Position numbers and translations under genes: made by a program
The notes under the pieces: generated by a model
Databases searched by the model: none
What the model saw: only the letters and a program-made list of their open reading frames with translations
What the model was told of the DNA's origin: nothing
NCBI GenBank assembly: GCA_965199855.1
Contig: OZ241326.1
Location: 2,528,001-2,592,000 of the forward strand
Direction: 5' to 3'
Source: a bacterium
GTDB taxonomy: Bacteria > UBA8248
Length of the DNA stretch: 64,000 nucleotides
Shown here: in pieces, positions 13,375-22,313 of the stretch
How the letters are laid out: each line of letters opens with the position of its first letter
How positions within the stretch are numbered: the stretch's first letter is position 1

Positions 13375-14460
13375 TCATGGAGAAAACAGCTTCTGCTCGA
13401 TCAGGGCGGCCAGCGCCGCGTCCTCGTCGATTCGCATCACCACCCGGAGGACGCGAAGCGGCGTCCCGCCCAGCAGCGGGGCGAGCTTCACCGCGTCCTT
13501 CTCGGTCGTCAGGATGAAGTCGGCCGACGCTTCCCTCAGCGACGAGGCGAGCAGCGCGCCGTCGGCCGGCGCGTAGCGGGCGTGATCCGCATACGCATGA
13601 TGCGCCAGAACCTCGACGCCCAGCGATTCCAGCGTTTTCTCGAAGCCGCGAGGATTCCCCAATCCGCTCACGGCGACGACCCTCGCGCCTTGCAGCGCGT
13701 CCGGCGATCCCGCTTTCTCCCCCCGCGCGTCCAGGACGGAATCGGGCGACAGCCTTCCGCCGAAAACGGGCGCGCCCCGCGCGAGAGACTGAATCCCGCT
13801 TCTCGCGCGCGCGGAGCATTCGCCCGTCACCAAAACGGCGTCCGCGCGCGCGAGGGCCGAAGCCGGCTCCCGCAGAGCTCCGGCGGGCGTCACCCGCCCG
13901 TTTCCGAAAGGCCGATCCCCGCGCAGAAGCACCAGGTCCATCTCCCGGGAAAGGGAGAGATGCTGAAACCCATCGTCGAGCACGACGGCGTCCGCGCCGA
14001 ACTCCTCCGCCGCCTTTCGGGCGGCGAGGGCGCGATGCGCGCCCGTCAGGACGGGAACCCCGGGGTATCGCCGGGCGAGCATCGCCGCCTCGTCCGCCGC
14101 CGGCGGCGACGCCGTCAGTCCGCCCTCGCCGTCGCTCACGACCATCGCGTCCCCGGGCCTTGCGCCATGGCCCCTGCTCACCACGGCGGGCCTTCGCCCC
14201 CCGGCGAGCAGCTTTTCCAGCGCCCAGGCGACGGTGGGCGTTTTGCCCGTCCCCCCGAGCGTGAGGTTGCCGACGGAAACGACGGGCGCGGCGATTTTCT
14301 CCGCGCGGGCCTTCCCGTCCTCATAGCGTCTGCGCCGACGCGCCATGGACGCGCCATAGACGGCTCCCAGGGGCGAGAGACTCCCCGCCAGCGCGCGCGA
14401 CCAGACCGGAGACGCGGGATCGCCCTCCCAGGCCGCCAGAACGCCCCGCCGAAGCCTCAC
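13375..14460 (-). CDS. lpxK: Tetraacyldisaccharide 4'-kinase
   Basis: VSVGNLTLGGTGKTP, LDDGFQH, PAGALRE and TTEKDAVK. Confidence 0.95.
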   Translation of the reverse strand: MRLRRGVLAAWEGDPASPVWSRALAGSLSPLGAVYGASMARRRRRYEDGKARAEKIAAPVVSVGNLTLGGTGKTPTVAWALEKLLAGGRRPAVVSRGHGARPGDAMVVSDGEGGLTASPPAADEAAMLARRYPGVPVLTGAHRALAARKAAEEFGADAVVLDDGFQHLSLSREMDLVLLRGDRPFGNGRVTPAGALREPASALARADAVLVTGECSARARSGIQSLARGAPVFGGRLSPDSVLDARGEKAGSPDALQGARVVAVSGLGNPRGFEKTLESLGVEVLAHHAYADHARYAPADGALLASSLREASADFILTTEKDAVKLAPLLGGTPLRVLRVVMRIDEDAALAALIEQKLFSP

Positions 14461-15728
14461 GAGGCTCGCCCGCCCGATTCCGCCAGGGTTTGAACGATGT
14501 ATTCCGCCGTTCGCTCGACGGCACCCTGGTTGCGCCGCACCACCTCGCGCGCCGCCTCGCCCGCGCGCTCACGCGCCGCCGGGTCGTTCAGCCATTTGAG
14601 GATGCCCGCCTCCAGGTCCTTCGGATCGCCCAGCCAAACCGCGCCGCCCTCCTCCGCCAGCTCGCGCGCGATTTCCGCGAAATTCTCCATGTGGGGGCCA
14701 TACAGGCAGGGCGCGGCCCAGCGCGCCGCCTCTATCGGGTTCTGGCCGCCGTGCGGGATGAAGCTCCCCCCGATAATCGCCACCGCCGCGCAGGCGTAGG
14801 CGTCCGCCAGTTCGCCCATCACGTCCAGGATGACGGTCTGGTGCTCGCCGCCCGCGTCCTTGACGAGGCTCCATCGCGCAGGAGAAACGCCCGCGTCCCG
14901 CAGCGCCTTTTCCGCCTGATCAACCCTCTCCAGATGGCGCGGGGCGAGGAGGAGGCCGACCCCGGGCGCCTCCCGGCGAATGGAGGCCACCGCCTCGCCT
15001 ATCAGCTTCTCCTCCCCCGGGTGGGTGCTGCCCGCTACGATGACCTCCCGGCGCGCGCCCAGGCCATACGACCGGGCCGAAGCCGCCCGAACCGGCAGAG
15101 GCGCATCGAATTTCATGTTCCCGCAGACCCGCGCGGAAATCGCCCCCAGGCCCGAAAAGCGCTCCGCATCCCCTTCTCCGCGCGCCAGCACGTCCTTCAG
15201 GCGCCCGAGAATCGGGGAGAAGAAAAAACGGAAGCGCCCGTAGCCGCGACAGGATCGCTCTGAAAGCCTTCCGTTCACGATGGAGACGGGAACGCCCCGC
15301 CTCGCGGCCTCGCTCACGAGGTTCGGCCATATCTCCGTTTCGATGAGCGCGATCATGGAAGGACGAATCCGCCCGAAGGCCGAGCGGACGATCGGGGAGA
15401 AGTCAAGGGGAAGGTATAGGAGCCGCTCGACCCCGGCTATTTTCTCCGCCGCGCTCCTTCCCGTCGGCGTCACCGTGGAAAGAACGATTCTCAGCCCCGG
15501 CCTTTTGCTCAAAAGCGCGGGGATCAGAAGGGCGGCCACGCCCACTTCCCCGACGGACACGGCGTGCAGCCAAAGCCGCTCCCCCGCCGCGTCCGGCGAT
15601 CGCGGCGGAAGCCCGAATCCGTCCCGAAGCGCCCGAAAGTCGAACCCGCGCCGCCGCAGCCGGAGCAGGAAAAAGACGAGCAGAACGGGCGAGGCGAGAA
15701 GGATGAGGACGTTGTAGAAGAACAGCAT
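14457..15728 (-). CDS. waaA: Kdo transferase
   Basis: WLHAVSVGE, ETEIWPN, GSTHPGEE, APRHLER and GGQNPIE. Confidence 0.95.
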   Translation of the reverse strand: MLFFYNVLILLASPVLLVFFLLRLRRRGFDFRALRDGFGLPPRSPDAAGERLWLHAVSVGEVGVAALLIPALLSKRPGLRIVLSTVTPTGRSAAEKIAGVERLLYLPLDFSPIVRSAFGRIRPSMIALIETEIWPNLVSEAARRGVPVSIVNGRLSERSCRGYGRFRFFFSPILGRLKDVLARGEGDAERFSGLGAISARVCGNMKFDAPLPVRAASARSYGLGARREVIVAGSTHPGEEKLIGEAVASIRREAPGVGLLLAPRHLERVDQAEKALRDAGVSPARWSLVKDAGGEHQTVILDVMGELADAYACAAVAIIGGSFIPHGGQNPIEAARWAAPCLYGPHMENFAEIARELAEEGGAVWLGDPKDLEAGILKWLNDPAARERAGEAAREVVRRNQGAVERTAEYIVQTLAESGGRAS

Positions 15729-15734
15729 GGCGGC

Positions 15735-16466
15735 TCAGATTCCCGCAGAACGCCCCAGGCAGGATTCCGCCTCCCGGTTCGCGCGAATGAGCCGCCTTTC
15801 GAGTTCCGCGCGCTTCGCCTCCAGCATCTCCGCGTCCCGGGTGCGCGGCACGGCCAGAGGCTCGCCCCAGCAAACGGAGATTTTCCCGAACGGCAGGGGA
15901 AGAATCGTCCCGTCCCACGTGGGGAGGGTGAGGAAGAGAGAAGCCGCGAAGGCGACCGGGCAAATTTTGCGGCCTGTGACGCCGGCCAGGGCGATCACCC
16001 CCATTTTGGCCTTGCCGGGCGGGCCCTTCGGGCCATCCGGCGTGATGCCGAGCTGGCTGCGTCCCGCCCTCGCTACGCCGATCATCCGCCGAAAGGCGGC
16101 GCCGCCGCCCTTGTCCGCGCCGCCCAGCGAGGAGGAAGAGCCTCTCACGCAATGCGTGCCGAGCCGGGTCAGCACCTGGACGAGGAGCTCCCCGTCCCGG
16201 CTTCTGCTCGCCATGCACGTGCGATGATAATCCTTCGGATAGAAAAAGGAGGCCAGCCCCACCTGACAATGCCAGAGCGCCCAGATATATTTTTCTCCGG
16301 GCCCCTGCGCGAGTTTTTCATAAAAATCCCCTTGCGGGGCGGCCCTCCTCGAAGTGGCGTAGACCGCCCTCAGGTAGCCCGCGACGGCCGCGCCGCCCAG
16401 CCGCGCCGAAAGCGCCGCGGCGGGGTCTCGCCCCCATTCGTCATAAGCAGTCGGGGACTCACTCAT
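15735..16466 (-). CDS. DUF374 lysophospholipid acyltransferase family (LpxJ-like)
   Basis: ALWH, SRSRDGE, RGSSS, ITPDGPKGP and TWDG..LPLPFG. Located between lpxB and waaA. Start uncertain (16466 or 16493). Confidence 0.8.
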   Translation of the reverse strand: MSESPTAYDEWGRDPAAALSARLGGAAVAGYLRAVYATSRRAAPQGDFYEKLAQGPGEKYIWALWHCQVGLASFFYPKDYHRTCMASRSRDGELLVQVLTRLGTHCVRGSSSSLGGADKGGGAAFRRMIGVARAGRSQLGITPDGPKGPPGKAKMGVIALAGVTGRKICPVAFAASLFLTLPTWDGTILPLPFGKISVCWGEPLAVPRTRDAEMLEAKRAELERRLIRANREAESCLGRSAGI

Positions 16467-17646
16467 CCCGCGCGTCTTCTCCATCGAAGCCAAGCTCCGC
16501 CGCTATGCGCGCCGCGGCGCGCGCGTAGGGGTTCTCGCCTTCCAGGGCACTTCGGATTCTCTCGAACGCCCTGATTTGCCGCGCCCTGACGTCATCGCTC
16601 CACAGCGCGCCCCGCAGCGCGTTCGCAATATGCCGCGGGCGCACCCGATTCTGATGCAGCTCGGGAACGGCCTCATGGCCGGACAGCAGATTGACGAGGC
16701 TGATGTAGTCCACCCGCAGCAGAAAATACTTGGCCAGCACGTATGTAAGCGCGTCCCCGGCGTATACGACAACCATCGGCGCGCCCAGAAGAGCCGTCTC
16801 CAGGGACGCCGTGCCGCTCGCCACGACGACGGCGTCGGCCGCGCGAATCACCCGGGAAGAATCGCCCCGGACGGGACGCGCCTCGACCTCCGAGAGCCTC
16901 AGCCGCTCCGAAACGTACCCCTCGGGCAGCGAATCCGCCTCCGATATCAGGAAGCGCAGCCCCGGCGCCTCCTCCCGAAGGATGCCGAGCGCGCCCACCA
17001 TGGCCTCCATGTGGGCGTCCACCTCCTTGAGGCGGCTGCCGGGGAGAAGGGCTATCACCCTCTCGTCCGCCGATATGTTCAGCGAGCGCCGGGCCGCCTC
17101 CCTTGACGGCGCGTCCCGAAGCGCATGGGCGATCGGATGGCCGACGAACTCGGCCCGTCCGCCCAGTTCCCGAAAAATGCGGGGCTCGAAGGGAAAGATG
17201 TTGAGCGCCAGATCGCAGACCTCCGCGATGACGCGGGCGCGTCCCTTCCACCAGGCCCACACCTGGGGGGTGATGAAATAGACGCTCTTCGGCGGCCGCG
17301 GCAGGGCGCGCACCGAGCGCGCCAGGGAGAGGTTGAAGCCGGGGTAGTCCACGAAAATCACCGCCCGCGGCTTCCGCTCCCTGATCCGCTCCAGCAAATC
17401 CCTCTTGATTCTTCGGAGCTTGGGATAGGCGCGGGGAACCCCGGCGAAGCCGACGATGGAGACGGCGCCGATGTCGTGGATGAGGCGGACGCCCGCCTCG
17501 GCCATCCATCGCCCGCCCATGCCGCACGCCCCGAGGCCGGGAATCCTGGCGGAGAGCGCCTTCACCAGACGCGCGGCGTGCAGGTCGCCCGACGATTCGC
17601 CGGCGACCACCATGACGCCGTGAGCCGGGCGCTCATCCCCGCTCAT
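16459..17646 (-). CDS. lpxB: Lipid A disaccharide synthase
   Basis: VAGESSGDLH, DYPGFN, PQVWAW, LLPGSR and SGTASLE. Confidence 0.95.
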   Translation of the reverse strand: MSGDERPAHGVMVVAGESSGDLHAARLVKALSARIPGLGACGMGGRWMAEAGVRLIHDIGAVSIVGFAGVPRAYPKLRRIKRDLLERIRERKPRAVIFVDYPGFNLSLARSVRALPRPPKSVYFITPQVWAWWKGRARVIAEVCDLALNIFPFEPRIFRELGGRAEFVGHPIAHALRDAPSREAARRSLNISADERVIALLPGSRLKEVDAHMEAMVGALGILREEAPGLRFLISEADSLPEGYVSERLRLSEVEARPVRGDSSRVIRAADAVVVASGTASLETALLGAPMVVVYAGDALTYVLAKYFLLRVDYISLVNLLSGHEAVPELHQNRVRPRHIANALRGALWSDDVRARQIRAFERIRSALEGENPYARAAARIAAELGFDGEDARDE

Positions 17647-18463
17647 TTTCCGACCAGCCGGCGACGACGACGCCCGCGGCGTCGGCCTCCCGCGTCAAGC
17701 GCTCGCGCTCGATGAGAAAAGTCCGGTCCGCCTCGAGAATCAGCGCCGACGCGCCGCCCGTCCGCAGCGCCTGAAGCGTCCGGGGCCCGACCGTGGGCAC
17801 GTCGTAGCGCATATCCTGCCCGGGGCGCGCCACCTTGCAGACGACGGCCCCGCCGCCGGCGAGGGCGCACCCCCTGCGAATCGTCTCGTCCGTTCCCTCC
17901 ACGCCCTCCACGGCGACCACCGTCCCCTTGTGGACGACGACGGTCTGTCCTATCTCGAGCTCCGCAACGCTTCGGGCGATCTGGAAGGCATACGCCGCGC
18001 TCCTGCGCTGGCTCTGACGCAGCTTCCTTTTCGTGATCGTCCCCTTCGGGGTGAGAAGATGCGCCAGATACTCCGTCTGGGAAACCACCCTCATGCCGTT
18101 CTCTTCCACGAAAGCGACGACGGCGTCCATGATCGTCGCGTCGGCCGTGTTCCTGGCGTTCTTCACGAAGCGCAGCGCCGTCAGATCGAAGCGCAGGGAT
18201 TGAAACAGGAGGCTTTTCTCGACCTTTCCGGCGAACCCTATTTCCCGAACGCCGTCGTCGCTGAAGAACCGGATGATCCGGTTCGGCTGGGCGGGCGGGA
18301 TGTGCGAGACGGAGTCGGCCTCTCCCGCCAGGGCGTCCCTGATTTCGGGGGACAGCGCCGCCACGGACACGCGCTTGCCCCGCTCCCTGGCGCGCGAGAC
18401 GAATTCGGAGGACAGCGACCCCGCGCCCGCGATCAGGCCGATTCTTTCCCCGGAATCCGGCAT
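17633..18463 (-). CDS. lpxI: UDP-2,3-diacylglucosamine pyrophosphatase LpxI
   Basis: IGLIAGAG, EIGQTVVV, AVEGVEGTD and QDMRYDVPTVG. Confidence 0.92.
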   Translation of the reverse strand: MPDSGERIGLIAGAGSLSSEFVSRARERGKRVSVAALSPEIRDALAGEADSVSHIPPAQPNRIIRFFSDDGVREIGFAGKVEKSLLFQSLRFDLTALRFVKNARNTADATIMDAVVAFVEENGMRVVSQTEYLAHLLTPKGTITKRKLRQSQRRSAAYAFQIARSVAELEIGQTVVVHKGTVVAVEGVEGTDETIRRGCALAGGGAVVCKVARPGQDMRYDVPTVGPRTLQALRTGGASALILEADRTFLIERERLTREADAAGVVVAGWSENERG

Positions 18464-18471
18464 GAGAGATA

Positions 18472-19443
18472 TCAGGGCGCCGAGGGGACGGAGCTCTTCA
18501 GCATCTCTACGACGCGAATGGCGACGTCCAGGGAGCGTAGCTCCCTTTCCGGCTCCCGAACGACCTCCGAGGCCCGCGCCGCCCGCAGGAAGTGGCGCAG
18601 CTCCAGCTTGAGCGGATTGTCCTTGTGGACGAACACCCGCTCTATCTGAAACTGCTCGCGATACTTGAATTCATCGCGGGTCAGATGGCGCTCGCTCATC
18701 GCCTGGCGATGAATCTTGAGCTCCTGGTCCGCGTAGTCGAGCGTAATGAACGCATCCGGCTGGGATATGGAAAGCGTCCTGATCTTGCTCTGCGTCACCC
18801 GGCTCGCGGTGAGATTCGCCACGCATCCGCCGGCGAAGCAAATCTGCACGTTCGCCACGTCTTCGCTATCGGAGAGGACGCTGGCGCCGGTCGCCGAGAG
18901 CAGGTCGATCTTCTCGTCCACCAGCCGCAGAACGATGTCGATATCGTGGATCATCAAGTCGAGCACGACCCCGTCCTCCCGCGTCCTTGACGCGAAGGGC
19001 CCCAGCCTGCGGCACTCGATCAGCGTGGGGCGCTCCACGATGCTTCCCAGCTCCTGAACCGCTCCGTTGAAGCGCTCCACGTGGCCGATCTGAAGCGCCG
19101 CGCCGTTTGCGGCCGCTATATCGAACAGCGCCAGGGCTTCTTCCATCGTCGGGCAGACGGGCTTCTCCACCAGGGCGTGAACGCCGCTTTCAAGAAACGC
19201 GCGGGCCACGTCGAAATGCCGCAGGGTGGGAACGGCGATGGTGACGGCGTCCACGCGGCCGATGAGGTCCGCCGGATCGGAAAACGCCTCCGCACCGTAT
19301 CTGTCGGCCAGTTCCCGGGCGCGATCGGCGTCGAGATCGCAGACGGCGACCAGGTTCGCTTCCGGCATTTCGGAAAACACCGCCACGTGGTAGCCGCCCA
19401 TGTGCCCCGCGCCGACAACGCCAACCCGCGAATGATCCGTCAT
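18472..19443 (-). CDS. Gfo/Idh/MocA oxidoreductase, probable UDP-GlcNAc 3-dehydrogenase (GnnA-like)
   Basis: GVVGAGHMG, LVEKP, GHVERFN and DLMIHDID. Sits between lpxA and lpxI. Confidence 0.8.
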   Translation of the reverse strand: MTDHSRVGVVGAGHMGGYHVAVFSEMPEANLVAVCDLDADRARELADRYGAEAFSDPADLIGRVDAVTIAVPTLRHFDVARAFLESGVHALVEKPVCPTMEEALALFDIAAANGAALQIGHVERFNGAVQELGSIVERPTLIECRRLGPFASRTREDGVVLDLMIHDIDIVLRLVDEKIDLLSATGASVLSDSEDVANVQICFAGGCVANLTASRVTQSKIRTLSISQPDAFITLDYADQELKIHRQAMSERHLTRDEFKYREQFQIERVFVHKDNPLKLELRHFLRAARASEVVREPERELRSLDVAIRVVEMLKSSVPSAP

Positions 19444-19466
19444 GGGCCTCGACCTCGACGGGACGC

Positions 19467-20249
19467 CTACACGCGCCCCTGGTAGATGCCGCGCTCTGAA
19501 TTGCGGACGAATTCGAGCACGGCGCGAACTTCCGCCCCCAGCGGCGCCTGCGCCTCTATCTGCTCTATTTTTCGCGCCATCTCGCCCGACGCGCCGAAAA
19601 GCGCCTTATACGCGCTCTTGATGCCGTCCCGCGCCTCTGCCGAAACGCCGCTTCTGCGCAGGCCGACCACGTTCAGGCCCGCCACGCGCGGCGGCTCGCC
19701 CAGGACCTTGACGAACGGCGGCGCGTCCTTCCTCACCGCCGAGGGACCCACGACAATCGAACCCTCTCCGATGCGGACGTATTGATGCGCGCCGACGAAG
19801 TGGGAGATGAAGCACCTGCTCCCGACCTCCACGTGCCCCGCCAGGGAGCAATGGTTCGTCAGGATCACCTCATCGCCCACGCGGCAGTCGTGCGCCACGT
19901 GCGCCCCGACCATGATGTAGCACTTCTCGCCCATCGTCGTGCTTCGGCCCGGGCGCATCGAGCGATGCACGGTCGCCATCTCGCGGATGACGGAGCGCGC
20001 CCCGATTTCCACGCCCCCCGACTCGGGCCCCAGCCCGACGACCTGCGCCTCTAGCCCGACGGCGGCGCCCGGAAAAATCCGGCAGCCCTCGCCGAGGGCC
20101 GCGGGGCCGTGCACGACCGCGTTCGGCCCGACCTCGCATCCGTCCCCGAGCGTCACGTTCGCGCCCACGAAGGCGCCCGGCCCGATCTTCAGGCGCTCGC
20201 CGAGCTCCGCCTTCGGGTCGATGGACGCGGTGGGGGCTATGTCGCTCAA
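19467..20249 (-). CDS. lpxA: UDP-GlcNAc(3N) acyltransferase
   Basis: Hexapeptide repeats, HVAHDC catalytic His, LAGHV, HQY and GLNVVGLRR. Confidence 0.93.
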   Translation of the reverse strand: MSDIAPTASIDPKAELGERLKIGPGAFVGANVTLGDGCEVGPNAVVHGPAALGEGCRIFPGAAVGLEAQVVGLGPESGGVEIGARSVIREMATVHRSMRPGRSTTMGEKCYIMVGAHVAHDCRVGDEVILTNHCSLAGHVEVGSRCFISHFVGAHQYVRIGEGSIVVGPSAVRKDAPPFVKVLGEPPRVAGLNVVGLRRSGVSAEARDGIKSAYKALFGASGEMARKIEQIEAQAPLGAEVRAVLEFVRNSERGIYQGRV

Positions 20250-20255
20250 TGCGCG

Positions 20256-20693
20256 TCAGGACTTCGGAATCGTATAGGCGGAGCACATGCCCTCGACGAC
20301 CGTCTGCCCCTCCACGAGCGCTTGCATTTCAAACTTCCACAGCGTTCTTCTGCTTTTGAGGAGCCTCGCGCGCAGCTGCAGCGAATCGCCGGGAACGACC
20401 GGCCGCCTGAATTTCGCCTTCTCGATGCCGGCGAAGAAGAACTCCGTCCCCCGCTCGACCAGGTTCAGCGCGAACATGCAGATCAGGCCGGTCTGCGCCA
20501 GCGCCTCCACGATCAACACGCCCGGCATGATGGGACGGCCGGGGAAGTGGCCCTCGAAATACGGCTCGTCCGGGGCGACGACCTTCCGGGCGACGATGGA
20601 GATTTCCTCCGGGTCCACCTCGAGCACCTCGTCAACCAGCAGGAACGGATGCCTGTGGGGGATGAGCTCCTGAATCCGCCGCGCGTCCATCAT
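20256..20693 (-). CDS. fabZ: 3-hydroxyacyl-ACP dehydratase
   Basis: [11 protein letters not shown] and [22 protein letters not shown]. Confidence 0.95.
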   Translation of the reverse strand: MMDARRIQELIPHRHPFLLVDEVLEVDPEEISIVARKVVAPDEPYFEGHFPGRPIMPGVLIVEALAQTGLICMFALNLVERGTEFFFAGIEKAKFRRPVVPGDSLQLRARLLKSRRTLWKFEMQALVEGQTVVEGMCSAYTIPKS

Positions 20694-21697
20694 GACTCCA
20701 GCTCGCCGATCCGCTTTTCGAGCTCCTGAATCTTCTCCGATATTCGCGGCAGATTCCTGAGCACCGCGATTCGCCGGCGCGCCTCGCGAATCTCCGCCGC
20801 CGGAGAGTGCAGATAGACCCTGCCGCCCTCCAGGCTCTTGGGCGCGCCGGTTCTCGCCCCCAGCGTCGCGCCGTCGCCGATTTCGACGTGATCCGCCACC
20901 CCGACGCTCCCGCCCATCACGACGCCGCGGCCGATTCGCGCGCTGCCCGATATGCCCACCTGGCTCGCCAGGAGGCAGTCCTCCCCGATGGCGACGTTGT
21001 GCGCGATCTGCACCAGATTGTCGATTTTCGTGCCGCGGCCGATTCGCGTCTCCCTCAGCGCGGCGCGGTCGATGGTGGTGTTCGCCCCGATTTCCACGTC
21101 GTCCTCGATGACGACGACGCCCGTCTGCGGATACTTGAAGGCGCGGCCGTCCTCATCGGACACATAGCCGAAGCCGTCCGAGCCGACGACGACCCCCGCG
21201 TGGAGAATCACCCTCGCGCCCAGCTCCACGCCGGCGTACAGAACGCAATTCGGATGTATGAAGCACCCGGCGCCCATCCTGACGCTCTCGCCGACGCGCG
21301 CGCCCGCCCCGATATAACAGCCCTCGCCCACCACGGCGCCGGCGGCGACGGACGCGAACGGCCCCGCATAGACGCCCTCTCCGACGACGGCCGCCCCGGA
21401 AACGCTGGCGCCGGGGTCGATGCCCGGCCGGAATTTTCGCGGCGGCCGCAGCAGCGAGACCGCGCGGGCGAAGGAGAGGCGAGGGTTTTTCGAGGAGATG
21501 CCGGGGCGGTCGGCCTTCAGCCCCCGGGGGACGATGAGGGCGCCCGCGGCGGAGGGCGCGCTCAGCTTCTTCGCCGATTCCACGTAGCTCAAATCCTTCG
21601 GCGAGGCGCTTTCATACTCCGCCACGTCCCGGACGTCCAGGCTCCCGTCGCCGATCAACTCGCCGCCGACCAGATTCGCGATGTCCGCAAGGAGCAT
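20690..21697 (-). CDS. lpxD: UDP-3-O-acyl-glucosamine N-acyltransferase
   Basis: [18 protein letters not shown] and [13 protein letters not shown]. Confidence 0.95.
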   Translation of the reverse strand: MLLADIANLVGGELIGDGSLDVRDVAEYESASPKDLSYVESAKKLSAPSAAGALIVPRGLKADRPGISSKNPRLSFARAVSLLRPPRKFRPGIDPGASVSGAAVVGEGVYAGPFASVAAGAVVGEGCYIGAGARVGESVRMGAGCFIHPNCVLYAGVELGARVILHAGVVVGSDGFGYVSDEDGRAFKYPQTGVVVIEDDVEIGANTTIDRAALRETRIGRGTKIDNLVQIAHNVAIGEDCLLASQVGISGSARIGRGVVMGGSVGVADHVEIGDGATLGARTGAPKSLEGGRVYLHSPAAEIREARRRIAVLRNLPRISEKIQELEKRIGELES

Positions 21698-21698
21698 T

Positions 21699-22289
21699 CT
21701 ATTTCTTCTTCTGGTCGTAGAGTTTGATCACCCTCTCGGTCAGATCCACCTTGGGGCTGGCGAACAAAACGCCGCCCGAGCCGCTGTCCACGATGACGTC
21801 CAGCCCCTCTTTCTTTCCGATTTCATGAACGACGCCGCGAACTTCCTTCAGGGCTTTCGTCAGGGCGGCCCTCTGGCGCTTCTGGAGATCCCGCTGGCTT
21901 TCCCGCACCAGCCGCTTCAGGTCGTCCTGCTCGCGCGCGAAGTCCCTCCTTTCGGACCTCAGCTCGAACGCCTTGCGCTCCCTTTCCTCCTCGCGCCAAA
22001 TCGCGCCCTTCTGCTCGATCTCCGACTGCAAATCCCGAATCTTGTCCGCGAGCCTGGTCAAATCGTCGCGCCTTTTCCTGATGACGCTCTCGAGCTTCTT
22101 CTTCTCCGCGTCCAGGGACGCGCTCGCCTCCCGTCCGCCCTTTGAAGTCCGCAGCACGCGCTGCACGTTCACCACGCCGTATTTCGCGTCCGCCGCTTCC
22201 GCCCCGCCCGCGCAGGCGAGAACGAAAGCCGCCGCGGGAAGCAAAATCAGGAATCCAGATCGCCTCACGACAGACGGCCTCCACGACAA
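21699..22289 (-). CDS. skp: Periplasmic chaperone Skp/OmpH
   Basis: Signal peptide, [11 protein letters not shown], coiled coil, VDLTERVI. Located between bamA and lpxD. Confidence 0.9.
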   Translation of the reverse strand: MSWRPSVVRRSGFLILLPAAAFVLACAGGAEAADAKYGVVNVQRVLRTSKGGREASASLDAEKKKLESVIRKRRDDLTRLADKIRDLQSEIEQKGAIWREEERERKAFELRSERRDFAREQDDLKRLVRESQRDLQKRQRAALTKALKEVRGVVHEIGKKEGLDVIVDSGSGGVLFASPKVDLTERVIKLYDQKKK

Positions 22290-22313
22290 GGGCGGCGCGG
22301 AAAGACAAGCATC

